Shown: piece by piece, positions 27,385 through 41,269 of the stretch
Layout: every line of letters begins with the position of its first letter
How positions within the stretch are numbered: position 1 is the first letter of the stretch
NCBI RefSeq assembly: GCF_035594765.1
Contig: NC_085843.1
Span: forward strand, 174,259,971 to 174,323,970
DNA from: Anolis carolinensis
Lineage: Eukaryota
DNA length: 64,000 bases
Direction of reading: 5' to 3'
Position numbers and translations under genes: made by a program
Notes under the pieces: model-generated
What the model was told of the DNA's origin: nothing
The model's database searches: none
Seen by the model: the letters and a program-made list of their open reading frames with translations, nothing else

Positions 27385-27518
27385 CAGTGGTTCTCAACCT
27401 GGGGTCCCCAGATGGTTTTGGCCTTCAACTCCCAGAAATCCTAATAGCTGGTAAACTGGTTGGGATTTCTGGGAATTGTAGGCCAAAAACATCTGGGGAC
27501 TGCAGGTTGATACCAATG
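27385..27518. mobile_element. hAT-type MITE, same family as 1887-2021
   Basis: cagtggttctcaacct start, palindromic body, degenerate TSD gtataaat/gtgtagat. Confidence 0.85.
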
Positions 27519-27674
27519 GTGTAGATAGTCTAACTTTTACCTCTAAGGAGGGAGATGCTATCTCTAGCATCTATCTGGCCAGTCAGAGATGAATCCAAGC
27601 ATCATTCACTGATGCTGGCAAAGATTTCCCTATCCAATGGGAAATGAGATTTCACTGGCTTTCATATGAGGCTA

Positions 27675-27986
27675 GGTAAAGGTAAAGGTTTTCCCCTGAT
27701 GTTAAGTCCAGTCATGTCTGACTCTGGGAGTTGGTGCTCATTTCCATTTCTAAGCCGAAGAGCCGGCATTGTCCATAGACACCTCCAAGGTCATGTGGCC
27801 GGCATGACTGCATGGAGCGCCGTTACCTTCCCGCCGGAGCGGTACCTATTGATCTACTCACATTGGCATGTTTTCGAACTGCTAGGTTGGCAGGAGCTGG
27901 AGCCGCTCACGCCGCTCCCGGGGATTGAACCTGAGACCTTTTGGTCTCCAGCTCAGTGCTTTAACGCACTTCACCACCGGGGCTCC
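27675..27986 (-). mobile_element. Sauria SINE
   Basis: (ACCTTT)n tail, conserved core gtcatgtggccggcatgactgcatggagcgcc, tRNA-like head; TSD atgaggcta on both sides. Confidence 0.92.
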
Positions 27987-29124
27987 TTTCATGAGGCTAC
28001 TAAGTAACTAATTACTGCCGATTGCTATGCTGTCTGCCTGTCCTGCCAACAGATTTTTGCCTTAAATCTCATGTCACATGCCTTTTTGGTTTCTTTTCTG
28101 TACTCTGTTCACTTGCTTATTATTTTCTCAAACATATTCCTCACCCCATATCTCCTTTGTATTGACTTAGGTAGCTACCCACCTAGAACTAGATGATCAT
28201 GCTTTATTTCTTACATTGACATTTTGTTGTTGTTTCCTTTGCAAAGACATGCTCCTATGCTTAAAATTCAGGCTTCAGAGACTTACATTTTTCGAAACAT
28301 ATTCCAAAATAACATTCAGCCTGCAACAAAATATTGTTCTCACTTGGCTTGTTGCCTGCAACTCAACTGCATATTTATTCGATAATGGTGGACCAGGGAG
28401 CATTACATTTTTCAGAGAAATTTCAGTTTTAACGAACCTCATCCTGCTGATCCCATCTACTTCCTGGCTAGCATTCACTCAACCAGGCCCACTCCTATTT
28501 AGAACTTAGAATTATTTTTGCTAAAAGTTTTTTTGTTTGTTGTTGTTGGTGGTGCTGTGGCTGCCATTGTTACATATGTGACATTGACTTTCCTTAATGT
28601 GTGCTGATAGAACCAAATTTACTAACATGAACTGAAGAATGGTAACTATAATTAAGAATGGCAGAAACCTCATGGCAGAAATATTATAAAAGCACATAAC
28701 ATAAGATTCTGGGTTTTGAATATTAACTCCGACAATTACACATCATTTCCTTTACACATTTCAGTTAAAACTGTCACATCAACTGCAATTTAAGGGTGCT
28801 TTTCTTCCCTAACTATGTAATTTGATACATTGGGCTATAATTGTGCTAGAAATGCTGAATGTTTCTGACACTTACTATAATTCCTGATGCTAAATTCAAT
28901 TTTAAAATACTAATTTCTTTTGTTTTGCATTTACCTAACACACGTACATAGGAAAAACCCTATATGATCCCACTTCTCTGACCCCAGCCTTCTATCTTAT
29001 CTAACATGAAAGAGCTGCTATATTCCCTTTAGAGAGATGGGGAAATATGACAGCTTTGCTATCTCTGCATTAACATTTTCAGACCATCATATCCTGAATA
29101 TGAAGAAATCTAAAATTCAGCATA

Positions 29125-29822
29125 ATAATGATAACAACAACAACCACAACAACAATTGTATACCCCACCACCATCTCCAGAAGGACTTGGGACAGCTTTA
29201 CATTCAAGTGTCATAACACATAAAGATAGAGGTAAAATTACATCACATATTAATGACAACATTGGTTAAGATAAAAACAACACATTACAAAAAAGTCCAA
29301 TTTAAAAATCAATTAAACACAATACAAATTGCCATAAAAACAAATAACACAGCATCCCAACCACAGCCCAAATCAACCATTAAAGTGCTAGTGACAATAT
29401 TAGATTGTTTTGGTCATTAGATTAGCAGATGTCTTAATCATTTCCAAAGGCCTGCCTGAAGAGCCATGTTTTCAGCTCCTTGTGAAAACATTATAATGTG
29501 GGGGCAAGCCTAATATCTGTGGGGAGAATATTCCAAAGCCAGGGGAAGGGGGACAGCACTAAGAAGGCCCTCTCTCTCATTCCCACTAGCCGCACATGTG
29601 ATAGAGGCAGGACTGAGAGGAGGGCCTCTCCACCAAATCTTAGAGCCCACACTGGTTCATAAGGGGAGATGCTATCACTAAGATAGGTTGGAACTGAACT
29701 GTGTAGGGCTTTGAAGGTAATTACCTGCACTTTGACTTGGGACTGAAAACTTTTTGGTAGCCAGTGGAGAAGCTTCAGTAGGGCCATGGTGTGCTCCCTA
29801 TAGCTGGCTCCAATTAGCAATC
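29125..29822 (-). mobile_element. L2 LINE 3' fragment
   Basis: ORF 29491-29820: REHTMALLKLLHWLP..ERAF..PWLWNILPTDIR. Confidence 0.85.
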
Positions 29823-31093
29823 TGCATGTATCGTAATGATAAGCATAGGAATGATCATGCTGAAATTGACTTACATGTTAAAAACTGAGGGGCATTACAA
29901 GGAGATAAGAAATGACATTTCTGGCACAAATAAAGTGACTGTACAAAATTTCAGAGGCAAATTTTAAGGTTTCACGTCAAAACCTGCACCTGTTCATCTT
30001 ATTTGAGGTTCATCCGAATTTTTAATCATTTCAACATTAATGTGAAGAATGAGGATGATTTCATATTAAAACATCACTGGAAAATAAATTCTTGCTCCTT
30101 CCTGCTGAGGTATTTTATTTTGTATTAATTAATTAGGTACAAACTATGTAGAATAGAGAAGGAATTGCACATACCCATGTAACTTCGCTTACAGTGTGCA
30201 ATTGCACAAACTGGAAAGATGCTTTACTACCACACTATGGTCCTCTCCACTCTAACCCTTCCACCTTCTCCATATTGCCATTTCACTGACAATAGCTGGC
30301 GTAATGACAGGCGTGCGTACTCTCCCTTCTTCCCCCATCAGATGTGGACAAGGAAGAGTCTTTCACTGCTTCCTCACCACTTTTGGATGAATGGGGGCAG
30401 AACCAAGCCAGCATCATCTGATGGTGCTCGGCAGGCCCCATCCCTGAAGAGGAGCCAGGGGCCAAAAAACCCCAGTGTGATGAAGTGGTAAGAAACAGTT
30501 CTTAGCCATCTTCCCTTTATTCTGCTTTGTCCCTGATATCTTCTAAAACCATAAGGGCACCATTGATTATATGGATCACAGAACTTCATAGGATGGATCT
30601 GGTAAGGATACTAGCTTTGAAGGGACTCTACATGCAAACAAAAAAGGTAGTCATGCATTCCATAATGTTAACATTTCAGATAATAGTCCCATCCCATGGG
30701 CTTCTGTTAAATGATTTAATAAATTGTAACTTATTTAAGTAATCCTAAAGGCATCTGCTCAGAATGTCTACTGTGCCAGTTACTTGGCTACACTTCACAT
30801 TATCCACATAACTTTCCCACGCTAGAATATCTTCAGCATTATTTAGGATAGCCCATGAAACACTAACAGAGGTGAAACACAAAATTATGCATCACTTGTT
30901 ACATTTAGAAATGGGTGTTCAGTTTGATTTCAGTGATGGGCAGCAGTCTGTTAGGGGATGAAGCAGGCCATTTGTATATAAAGCACAGTCCTTGGACAGG
31001 AAAATGATGAGCAAGTCTGGAGGGGGAAAATCACAGGCTGCCACTAGCTTGTCATCAGCTAGTGTATGAAATAGTTGCCACCCTCTATGTATG

Positions 31094-31369
31094 CAGGCCT
31101 GTAGCGAAGGGGGCGTGTGTTTAGGGGTTCAACCCCCCCCCCCCAAATTTTTCAGGTTAAAAAAAAACCCTGGCTTACTCATGAATTTTAACTGGTTAAC
31201 CAAATCCCCATGCTAATTCTATGAAACGTAAAACATTAAGAGTCCCTCCAGGCACTATCTCAAGCAGATATTGACAGGTCTGAACCCGGGGGGTGGGTGG
31301 GTCAGGGGTTGAACCCCCCCCCCAAATTTTCAAAACCCCTCCCGAATTTTTTTTCTGGCTACGGCCCTG
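31094..31369. mobile_element. hAT-type MITE
   Basis: TIR caggcctgtagc/gctacggccctg; perfect 8-bp TSD tatgtatg (31086-31093, 31370-31377). Confidence 0.9.
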
Positions 31370-33820
31370 TATGTATGATAATGGTAGAACCAGACTCGGT
31401 ACTCATAAAAGTCATAACACATATTAGCCAATCATTCCTGACCAACTCAAGGAATAATGTGATGAGACACAAGAAACAGAATAAAATAAGTGCCATTTCA
31501 TTAGTTGTTATCTAATTCTTTTTTAGTGATAAGCAAAACCAATAGGGTGGAGAAACTTGGTGCAGGTGCAGCTGGAGAGGTTGGTCTCACTGAGACCAAC
31601 CTCCTCCACAACCCCACAGCCTCCCATGAGTGAAAACACCATAGCATCATAGTGAAAACTCAGAGTAGCTCCAAGGTCAGCTAGCAAACTGAAAGAGTCT
31701 TAAGCTTCCAAGCCATGTGGCCCTGGTGAAGAAAAAGACAGACAATCCCATCAGATGGACAATTTCTCATCAGTCCAGTGATGGATTGGCACACTGCCCA
31801 TCTCACGACATTGCTGGACTTCTAGCGGAAGTCCCACCCACAATTGGAGTGGGAGTCTCTTTGTGTTATTGCTAGGTCCAATGGAGCCAGCACAGATACT
31901 TCCCATGTGTGATAGGGGAAGCATGGCCATAAGGGAGTTGTGTGTGGGGCAATGGATTAGTCCCACTGCCCATCTTTCCCACTTCGCCTGATTCATGTGA
32001 TAAGGTTGAGAGACCAGCTCCAATCTCCAGTGAGATTTTTCCCCATCCCCAAGATCAAATAATGCAAAAGAACAGTTCCAAATTCTATACCCAATTTACC
32101 AGAAGGTATATCACTGGCTCATATTTCCTCTCAACACATGCCAGGAAGACCTATTTAAAACACTACCCTAATCCAGTTGTCCAGTCCTAGCAGTGTAGGG
32201 AAAGGGGGGGAAATCCTTAAAGAGCAAAAGCATTTCTACCCTGTCCTGAAGGGACTAGAATTCCGACACTGCTTAAGGAGGCAGAGCTGCCTAATAAAAG
32301 CAAACCAAGCCCTTTCCCCTTCTCTCCCACTCATTTATTGCTGGCCTCAATCCTTCAAAAGCCAGGAAAGCAACCTCCAACCTCATTGTTCTGTTGGGAG
32401 AAATTGAATAATATGATTGATTCAAATATGATTTATTTATTGTTTTCTATCACAAAGCTAGCAACTAAAGACAATGTTCTGAGCTTTCTTTTATAAACTG
32501 TTTCATTAAAACAATCACTATATAGATGTGGGACACTAGAGCACCACCCTTACTCCCACAGTCTGGTTTAAAGTGGGATATATAACCTCATGCTTGGTGA
32601 AATACTGCACTGATTTACACCCTCGTTATCTCTTCCCATTCCAAAAAATATGCTGTCTACATGTAAACACACAAACACCCGTAGTCTATTTCAGCGGTAA
32701 AGGAGGTCACTCCTCACTGGGAGTTGTCATAGTAACCAACCCTGGAAATGACTGAAGGAGAAAGGTGTTACTTGATCTCTTTCCTTAATATATAAGAATC
32801 AGTCACACACTTCCACCACCGCCACTGCATTTCCAGCAAATGGGACCTTTGAAGACTTTGTTCATTTTATTTACCATGCTTACAAGTAATTCATCCACAA
32901 AGCTGAGGAATGATAGTAGGCTTAGTGGAAGATTGCATGAAATAAAAAACCTTGAGAATCTCAATGACAATTTTTTATATTTATAGAAGTTTTTCCCTTC
33001 AGAAAATAACACTGTGGCAGGAAAAATCTGATAATAGCATAACATTCAGCATTCATAGAATGGTGAGCATGTGACCTTCTAATTGTGGTTGGACCACAAC
33101 ACCAATCATGCTTAACACTACTGGCTATGCTGACTAGGGCTGAACGGAGCTGCAGTTCTTATCTAAAGGACCACACATTTGCTACCTTTGCTTTGCAGTA
33201 TTTGCAGTACAGATAGAAAAATATTATTGTTTCTATTAAAATGGTTTTGTGATAGTGAAAAATTCAACCAAAAAGAATAACAGACCAGCATGAATCTTCT
33301 TTAATTTTCTCCTGGTGATCTTGGTGAAACTATACCCTTTTAGTCTCAGAGGAAAGCAAAGGATCCCTCCTCCCCTTTCCGAATGAATCTTGCAAGATAT
33401 CCCCTTAAGTTGGAAAAGACATGAAGGCATGCAACAAGAAATCCAAATGTTCCAAAATTGTGCAGTTATTTTGCATAGTATGTCCTTGCATCTACAGCCA
33501 AACTTAACAAGGATTTACATGTCTAAGATGTTTGTTTTTGATAAGAATACACAGATTATTTTTCCTGTATAGAGGCATGTCTTCATTGAAAAACTTAGAT
33601 TAAACAATGATTTATATTGGCATTGGTGAACACATAAGGCATTTTTTCAACCAACAAGAGTTTGAATGCTAATATTTAAAAGGGAGGGTAGAAAACACTT
33701 GCAAGAATCCAGAACACTTGCCTTCAAATACTGAAAATTCTTCAAGGAAGCTCAGCTTTGGAATTTTGATATAATTGAGAAAATTCAGTCTAAAGTTTCC
33801 AATAAAATACAAATGACTAA

Positions 33821-33970
33821 GGGCTCCTCCACACAGTCATATAACCCCGAATATCAAGGCAGACAATCTCACAATATCTGCTTTGAACTGGGTTATCTGA
33901 GTCCACAGTACCATATATTCCAGTTTGAAATAGATAATGTGGGATTTTATTCAGCTGTGTGGAAGGAGCC
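33821..33970. mobile_element. PIF/Harbinger-like MITE
   Basis: TIR ggctcctccacacag/ctgtgtggaaggagcc; TAA on both sides. Confidence 0.85.
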
Positions 33971-33973
33971 TAA

Positions 33974-34124
33974 GCCTCCTTCTACACTGCCCTAATAGCC
34001 CAGGATCTGATCCCAGGTCATCTGCTTTGAACTAGATTATATGAGTCTCCACTGCCATATAATCTGGAATAGGCAGATAATCCGTTATTTGATCCTGGGA
34101 TATAAGGACAGTGTAGAAGGGGCC
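33974..34124. mobile_element. PIF/Harbinger-like MITE (different subfamily)
   Basis: TIR ccttctacactg/cagtgtagaagg; TAA on both sides. Confidence 0.85.
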
Positions 34125-34396
34125 TAAAAGTATTTATAATGTTTTGTCTCCATTTACTGAATACATCAGTTTTTGGTACTGTCTTCCAAAATTGCATGCA
34201 AACCTTTAAAGTGATATGCTGTCCTTTTAACTGAGGAACAATAAATAGTTTGTGTGATTGTCTTCTTTTAATTTTCTTTTGGAATCTAAAATGTGTTTTC
34301 CACGGTTTGGTTGTAGTAGTTTTTAATGTGATGCAATATATATTGTGTATCTTATCTAAATAAAAACATATATTTATTTTCCCCAAGAATCAACTA

Positions 34397-34720
34397 CAGT
34401 AGAGTCTCACTTATCCAAGCTAAACGGGCCGGCAGAAGCTTGGATAAGCAAATATCTTGGATAATAAGGAGAGATTTAGGAAAAGCCTATTAAACATGAA
34501 ATTAGGTTATGATTTTACAAATTAAGCACCAAAACATCATGCTATACAACAAATTTGACAGAAAAAAGTAATTCAATATGCAGTAATCTTATGTTGTAAC
34601 TACTGTATTTATGAATTTAGCACCAAAATATCACGATATATTGAAAACATTGACTACAAAAATGGTTTGGATTATTCAGAGGCTTGGATAAGCGAGGCTT
34701 GGATAAGTGAGACTCTACTG
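34397..34720. mobile_element. Tc1/mariner (Tigger-like) MITE
   Basis: Perfect TIR cagtagagtctcacttatccaagc/gcttggataagtgagactctactg; TA TSD. Confidence 0.93.
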
Positions 34721-35148
34721 TAGTTATAAAGCTTGCCACACTTATTCTACAGTTCACATTTAGAGGATCTAGACTGCAGCCTTTACTTTTTGTCAATGTT
34801 TATATTTCTCTAGAATCAATATTTCTTTAATCTCTTTTCCTAAGTAATCACATACCAGATAAAGTCATCAAACTTGGTTCCAGAAAAAGACTGGACAATT
34901 AAATGTTTGTTGTATTAAAATGAATATTCAGAACACAAAGGCTAGTTTTATCTGCTTCCTCATACACTAGATTTGTGCATGCAGAGAATTAGCTTGCTTA
35001 GTCTGATTGTAGTCTATGCAATACAGTTTAGAAATAGTTTTACCGACTCTTCTCTTACGTATACAAGCTAATTTTCATATCCTTTGTTCAGGAATAAAAT
35101 GCACAATGCAGACATTTTTGTTAGTCTCAGCCACTACCAGAAGACTAA

Positions 35149-35749
35149 GGGCACATCTACATGGGGCACAAAATCCAAGCATTGCTGCTTTGGACTAGTC
35201 CCAGATTCTGTCATGGAGTTTTCACCTCTCTGCTTTTGAACTACATGGTGGGAGTGTAGTCCTGACCATTCAGTCCAACTGAACCTGATTTGGTCCCACT
35301 GGATGGTTACCGTTACTCTGTGTAATTTTTTGTTACCAAGGTGATCATGGAGCTCCACAGAGCCCCTGGCCATTGCTTGGTACATTTGCCAATGTTAACA
35401 AGGGCACCCACATGACTTGGAGAGAGGTGGCAGGAAGGGAGGGAGGGAATGATCCCCCTCCTCTCTCCAAGTCACACAGGGAAAGTGGGATGGGATCACA
35501 GACCTTGTGAATAGTGGGGGCAAATCTGAATCAGAATTGATCCAGCTGTTCACACACACACCAAAATGTAGAGCTGCTCTGGATCTTCAAAAAAGTTCCA
35601 AAGCATTTCAAAACTTTTCCTAATGTAGGGGAGAATTCGATTAACTGGTTTTGCCCCACTTTAGGGTCTGGAAATCATTAGATGTTGTCTGGATCCCAGA
35701 AGTGATATTTTTTGCAAACTTGTGGCCCATGGCCCATGTAGACAGGCCT
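35149..35749. mobile_element. PIF/Harbinger-like non-autonomous element
   Basis: gggcacatctacatggg/cccatgtagacaggcct; TAA TSD. Confidence 0.65.
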
Positions 35750-35814
35750 TAAAAGATACTGACTACTTCCCAGGAACATCGTAATGGCATAGCAAAGATC
35801 GGCTTGACTTAATG

Positions 35815-35946
35815 GGGTAGTTCTCCATTAAGTCCCCAGATGTTTTGGCCTTCAACTCCCAGAAATCCTAACAGTTGGTAAACTGGGTGGGAATTCTGGG
35901 AGTTGTAGGCCAAAACACCCAGGGACCCACAAGTTGAGAACCCCTG
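35815..35946. mobile_element. hAT-type MITE, same family as 1887-2021
   Basis: Palindromic body; TSD acttaatg/acctaatg. Confidence 0.8.
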
Positions 35947-35991
35947 ACCTAATGTATCAGTTGGAGCAGCTGTAAAAGCAGTTCATTCATA

Positions 35992-36416
35992 AGTAAAGGT
36001 TTCCCCTGACGTTAAGTCCAGTTGTGACCGCTCTGGGGGTTGTTGCTCATCTCCATTTCTAAGCCGAAGAGCCGGCATGGTCCGTAGACACCTCCAAGGT
36101 CATGTGGCTTGCATGACTGCATGGAGCGCCGTTACCTTCCCGCTGGAGCGGTACCTATGATCTACTCACATTTTCATGTTTTTGAACTGCTAGGTTGGCA
36201 GGAGCTGGGGCTAACATAGAATCATAGTAGAGTTGGAAAAGACCTCATGGGCCATCCAGTCCAACCCCCTGCCAAGAAGCAGGAAATTGTGGGCGCTCAT
36301 TCCGTTCCCGGGATAACAGTGGGCGCTCATTCCGCTCCCGGGATTTGAACCAGGGACCTTTTGGTCCACAAGTTCAGCAGCTCAGCGCTTTAACACACTG
36401 TGCCACCAGGGGCCCC
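35992..36416 (-). mobile_element. Sauria SINE carrying a CR1 3' tip (36215-36288)
   Basis: SINE core and head; TSD agttcattcata; insert catagaatcatagtagagttggaaaagacctcatgggccatccagtccaacccc. Confidence 0.9.
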
Positions 36417-36428
36417 AGTTCATTCATA

Positions 36429-36745
36429 AGGTAAAAGGTAAAGGTTTTCTCCTGACGTTAAGTCCAGTCATGTCTGACTCTGGGGGTTGGTGCTGATCTC
36501 CATTTCTAAGCCGAAGACCCGGTGTTGTCCGTAGACACCTCCAAGGTCATGTGGCTGGCATGACTGCATGGAGTGCCGTTACCTTCCCGCCGGAGCGATA
36601 CCTATTGATCTACTCACATTGGCATGTTTTCAAACTGCTAGGTTGGCAGGAGCTGGAGCTAACAGCGGCCACTCCCACCGCTCCCGGGGTTTGAACCTGG
36701 GACCTTTCGGTCTCCAGCTCAGTGCTTTAACACTACCAGGGCTCC
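36429..36745 (-). mobile_element. Sauria SINE (tandem to previous)
   Basis: Tail, core and head present; flanked by gttcattcata. Confidence 0.92.
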
Positions 36746-38309
36746 TCCTTGTTCATTCATACCCTGCTATAAAAAGGGCATTGCCATTTTCCAACTAAAT
36801 GTCCAAGAACTGCACTCTGATATCATTCATCAAAATTATGTGAGTCCTGTACAAATATTTATTCATGCAAGCTGTCACAACCCATCTTGGTAAGCATTTG
36901 ATAAAGAGGAAGGGGTTTTACAGATATATCCTGATCTGTTCTTATTAATGGTTTTTAGGCATTCATGTTCGTTAATCATTTTTATTGAAAAGTCATCCTT
37001 CCCTCCCTCCCCCCTTTCTCTTTTCTTCCCCCCTCCCCCAGCTTAACCCCTATCACCCAGTTCTTATTGAAGGTTTTACAAAACCTTCAATAAAAATTAT
37101 ATTTAAAAGGCCATGCTTATTGTGTTTGCTATCTCACTTGAGTTCCCTTTCTGGGATACAGTTTAATTAAAAACAATAAACCTAAATAAGTAAATACAAT
37201 AAATGGTTCAATGTACATAGTGATCTGCGACAAAAATTGTCTATTAATCTGCATAATCTATCATTAAAAGGAAGGATACATTTAATATTATGTTACCTGT
37301 TGTAATAAAAAATTATTTTCCATGTGTATGTGCAATGTGCAAACTGATCCATTCACATATATATATATATATATTCATTCAAAGTAAACTTTCCTCTACA
37401 ACTTTACAGGAGCTGTCCCTCTATTTTAAAAGTATTCCAAAGCTTAGAAAGTATTTTGGCTGTCTGCCAGATTCTGGGTGTCTAGTCTCAAGAGTAAGAC
37501 TTCCAATAACCTATAGAGAAATTCAACAGATGAACCTGTTCCCGCCATGAGATATCAGGGAAGGTAAAAGGGAAAAGATAAAGGTTTCACCTTCTAAAAT
37601 ATGCATACTTCTGTTAATGACTCGGCTTTCAGAGGATTAGCTGATTTGTTACCAGTTCAACTTCTGGATTGATAATTGAGTTATTAAATAACAAAAGCAA
37701 AGAGCCTACTTAAAATAACTGCTATTCAATAATGTATGGGGTTGGATTATTAGATAAAATAACTTTGTAAAAATTCATTATTAGCAAGAGTTATAATATT
37801 GCTGTATTGAACAGAGGACTGTTTTCTGCTCTTATTCGATTTGCCTAAAGCAAGTACACATTTTAATAGTTTAATCAGCTTTATATTTCATAGGAGCAAT
37901 AAATAGTGCATGCACACCCCTTTTTCCATTGAACTACAGAAGAGATATCTTTCCACATCCAGTGAGTGCTTAATTTTGAATTCAGCTCTCAAGGTGATAT
38001 AAGATGGTTAAACCCCTGTGTCATTTAGTTGCCATTAACTGATACTTTACTGACTCCATAGCAAGTTTGGTTTTTAATTGCATGCATACTAGGAGTAGCT
38101 TAATGTTATCTCTGTCTTTGGTGGATGCAGTAAAGTCATTTATTTGTAAAGGTGAAAACATGCTGACAGTGTGATTTCAATCTACTTCAAACCAAGACGC
38201 AACATAAATCCTGTTTAATAGGAAGCTGAGAGACTCCAGTGGATATAGTTTGAAAGGGAACAGACCTGTTTCTGGAAAGATGTGGAAAATGACTCAACAC
38301 CTTATTATT

Positions 38310-38717
38310 TTGCTGCTGCTGCTCAGTCGTTTATTCGTTTATTCGTCTCCAACTCTTCGTGACCTCATGCACCAGTCCACGCCAGAGCTCCCTGTCGGCC
38401 GTCACCGCCCTCCAGTTCCTTCAAGGTCAAGCCAGCCAGGCCCTTGGTCGGCCTCTCTTCCTTTTTCCTTCCATTTTCCCCAGCATCAGGATCTTTTCCA
38501 AGCTTTCCTGTCTCCTCATGATGTGGCCAAAATACTTCAGCTTTGCCTCTAATATCCTTCCCGCCAGTGAGCAGTCGGGCATTATTTCCAGGAGGATGGA
38601 CTGGTTGGATCTTCTTGTGGTTCAAGGCGCACTCAGGATTTTCCTCCAACACCAAAGTTCAAAAGCGTCTATCTTCCTTCACTCAGCCTTCCTTATGGTC
38701 CAGCTCTCGCAACCATA
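38310..38717 (-). mobile_element. RTE/BovB LINE 3' fragment
   Basis: Minus strand translates YGCESWTIRKAE*RKIDAFELWCWRKIL..KLKYFGHIMRR..LEKILMLGKMEGKRKRGRP; short (GCA)n tail. Confidence 0.9.
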
Positions 38718-41269
38718 GTTCTGTTATTTTAGTTCTGTTGAAAGAGACCCCTTTCCATTATGAGGTCTCAAACATTTCTTGAAAAGTTTGAGACCTTGCT
38801 AACAAGATTGTTGTGCTAAGTAGAATTGTTGAAATAATTATTCCTCCAAAGTGAGTTTTCATAAAAGAGTTCTATTTTATACTACCAGCATGCAGTGCTT
38901 TAGCTGTGCAATTTAACAAAAGCTTAACTTATATGAATTAAAAGTGATGAATTATGATTTTGCTGATTCTAAATATAACTATACATAGGAGGCCTATCAG
39001 CATGACACACAATAAGATAAGGCAAGCATATGCTGATACCCTTGCTTCACCCATTTCATGCCATTTGCTATATATGGGTTTTTAATTCTAGTGTTACCAC
39101 CAAATTTGACCTAAAGAGACATTTCATAGTAAAACAATTCTCCACCATCACCTTCACTGGACTGACCATGCTGTCTGAATGCCTTATCACTGTCTCCCAA
39201 TCAGTTTCTTTACTCTCAGCTCAAGAATGCAAATCGGAATGTCCGTGGACAACAAAACAAATTTAAAGATGCACTTAAAGCAAACCTAAAAAATATGGCA
39301 TAAACACCAAGAACTGGGAATCCCTGGCCCTTAAGCAATCTAACAGAAAGTCAGCTGTTACCAACAGTGCTGTGGATTTTGAAGGGGCTCAAATAGAGGG
39401 CAAAAGGGAGAAACATGTTAAGAGGAAGATGCATCAAGCAAAAATTTCTATTGGAACCACCGTCCATCTGGAAATCTATGTCCACATTGTGACAGACCAT
39501 GCGGATCCAGAATAGGTTTCTAGAGTCACTTACAGACCCACTGCCAAGACTCAGCTTCTGGAAGACGATCATACTCAGCCACAAATCATAGCCTATGATA
39601 CCACCAAATCTGACCTAAAGCGGCATTTCATAGCAGAACAATAGTAGTGCAAGATGGTTTCAAGAAGAATTCTAAGGAAAGAAAAAAGTAGTACTTAAGT
39701 GTTTATTAGCTCACTCTACTAATCCAATAAAGTGGCTTTATATCCAAGAAAAATTATATGATTTGTTTAATGTTACTTTATTTACTCATGCATAAGTCTA
39801 GAAATGTTAGCCAAAAAATTGCTATATCAAAAGGGAACTATCCCCTTCTCTGAGTAGAGTGGCAAAAGTGAAGAGTTTAATCCATCCCAAGATAATCTGA
39901 AAAAACCACTGACTTCCTCTACTCTCTCTGACATGGCACTTAACTGAACAAAAACCAGTAACTTTGACCATAAAACCTATTATTAACATATAAATGAGAT
40001 CATCTTATACAATGGAATACATGACAGTCTCAAAGCTGCTGCAATGCTTAGATTTATTTGTTTTTCTCCCCTCTTTCCTCTTTTTTTATGCTGCAAGAAA
40101 AACACAACTGTTTCTTTGAAACTACTGGAATACCTTTGGAGGAGTCACAACACTTCTAAAATGACTCCAGCCAAATGGAGGATTATTTTCTATTTTAGTG
40201 CATTGACTCAAACCTCAAATAAATTTTATCCTTTCCCAACAGAAAAAGTTTTTTTCTTTCACCCAAATGTTTCTACCTAATTCCTTATTTCTACTTTCAT
40301 CAATTTCTCAGTTCTGATATAAAAGGGAAAAGGAAGCTCTTTATTCTAAAAGTATGACAAAATCTTTATTTAAATTTATCCAGTTCTATTTAAAAAGCAA
40401 TTTTGGTTTTATTAGATTTGTTTAATTAAGAATGTATGAGAAGGTTCTAAATGTTCCAAATAACACACCAAGTTCATATATATGAATGAGAGATTAAACT
40501 GTTGGCTAATATTGCACACTCTCATTCCATAAGCTCAATTAAATGTACTACATTTAAATATAAATAAAAATGAAAATCACTGGCCAACAAGTAGCAATGA
40601 AAATGTGTATACTCTGTTGTACTTCAGCCAGCCCTTTTTATTCTCCAGAGAATCTGTGGCTAATAGTCAACTCCCTTTCTGTCTCTTTGCAGATAACAAC
40701 TGCTTTCCGATTCACTACAGGCACAAAAGGGTGTGTTGTGAGACTTGCCCTGCAATTAAATTATGATATTCTTCCCAGGGTCCGCTTTACAATGATTTGG
40801 TCTCTGCCTGAGAAGCAACTATCTTGATGGCATGCCACACATGAGAGCATTGCTTGAAGTAGAAAGTGTGGCTCTTGCAATCTATAATTCACAATAGCAG
40901 GAAACCGAAAGATATTCAGTAGGCTTGCTCAAATAATTCGTTTTCCCCGTTAACCGTTATTAATTCGTTATTTTCGTTTGTTTTGAAGCAATATACGGCA
41001 TTGGTTGTCCACACGTCTGGATATCGCGGTTTCGAATCGCGAGAGGCCGTTTTTCGTTATGTCGTCGTTTTTTTCGTTAGGAAAAAAAAGCTTTTGCAAA
41101 TCACCCAAACTCCCACCATTCAGGTCCTTTCCTTTTGCCCCTCAGCAAAAGGGGCGTCACGGGCTCAGCCAATGGGAGGGGGCGAGGGGGAAGGAGGCCG
41201 AGGAGGAGGAGGAAGACGGAGGGGGAAAATGGCCGCCGCCGCCTCGCCTCAGCTCAGGCCTGATACTCA

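Noticed and set aside
32800-32960. Minus-strand KMNKVFKGPICWKCSG resembling the L1 ORF2 C-terminal cysteine motif
   Set aside because: Too short and degraded to support a call without a search.
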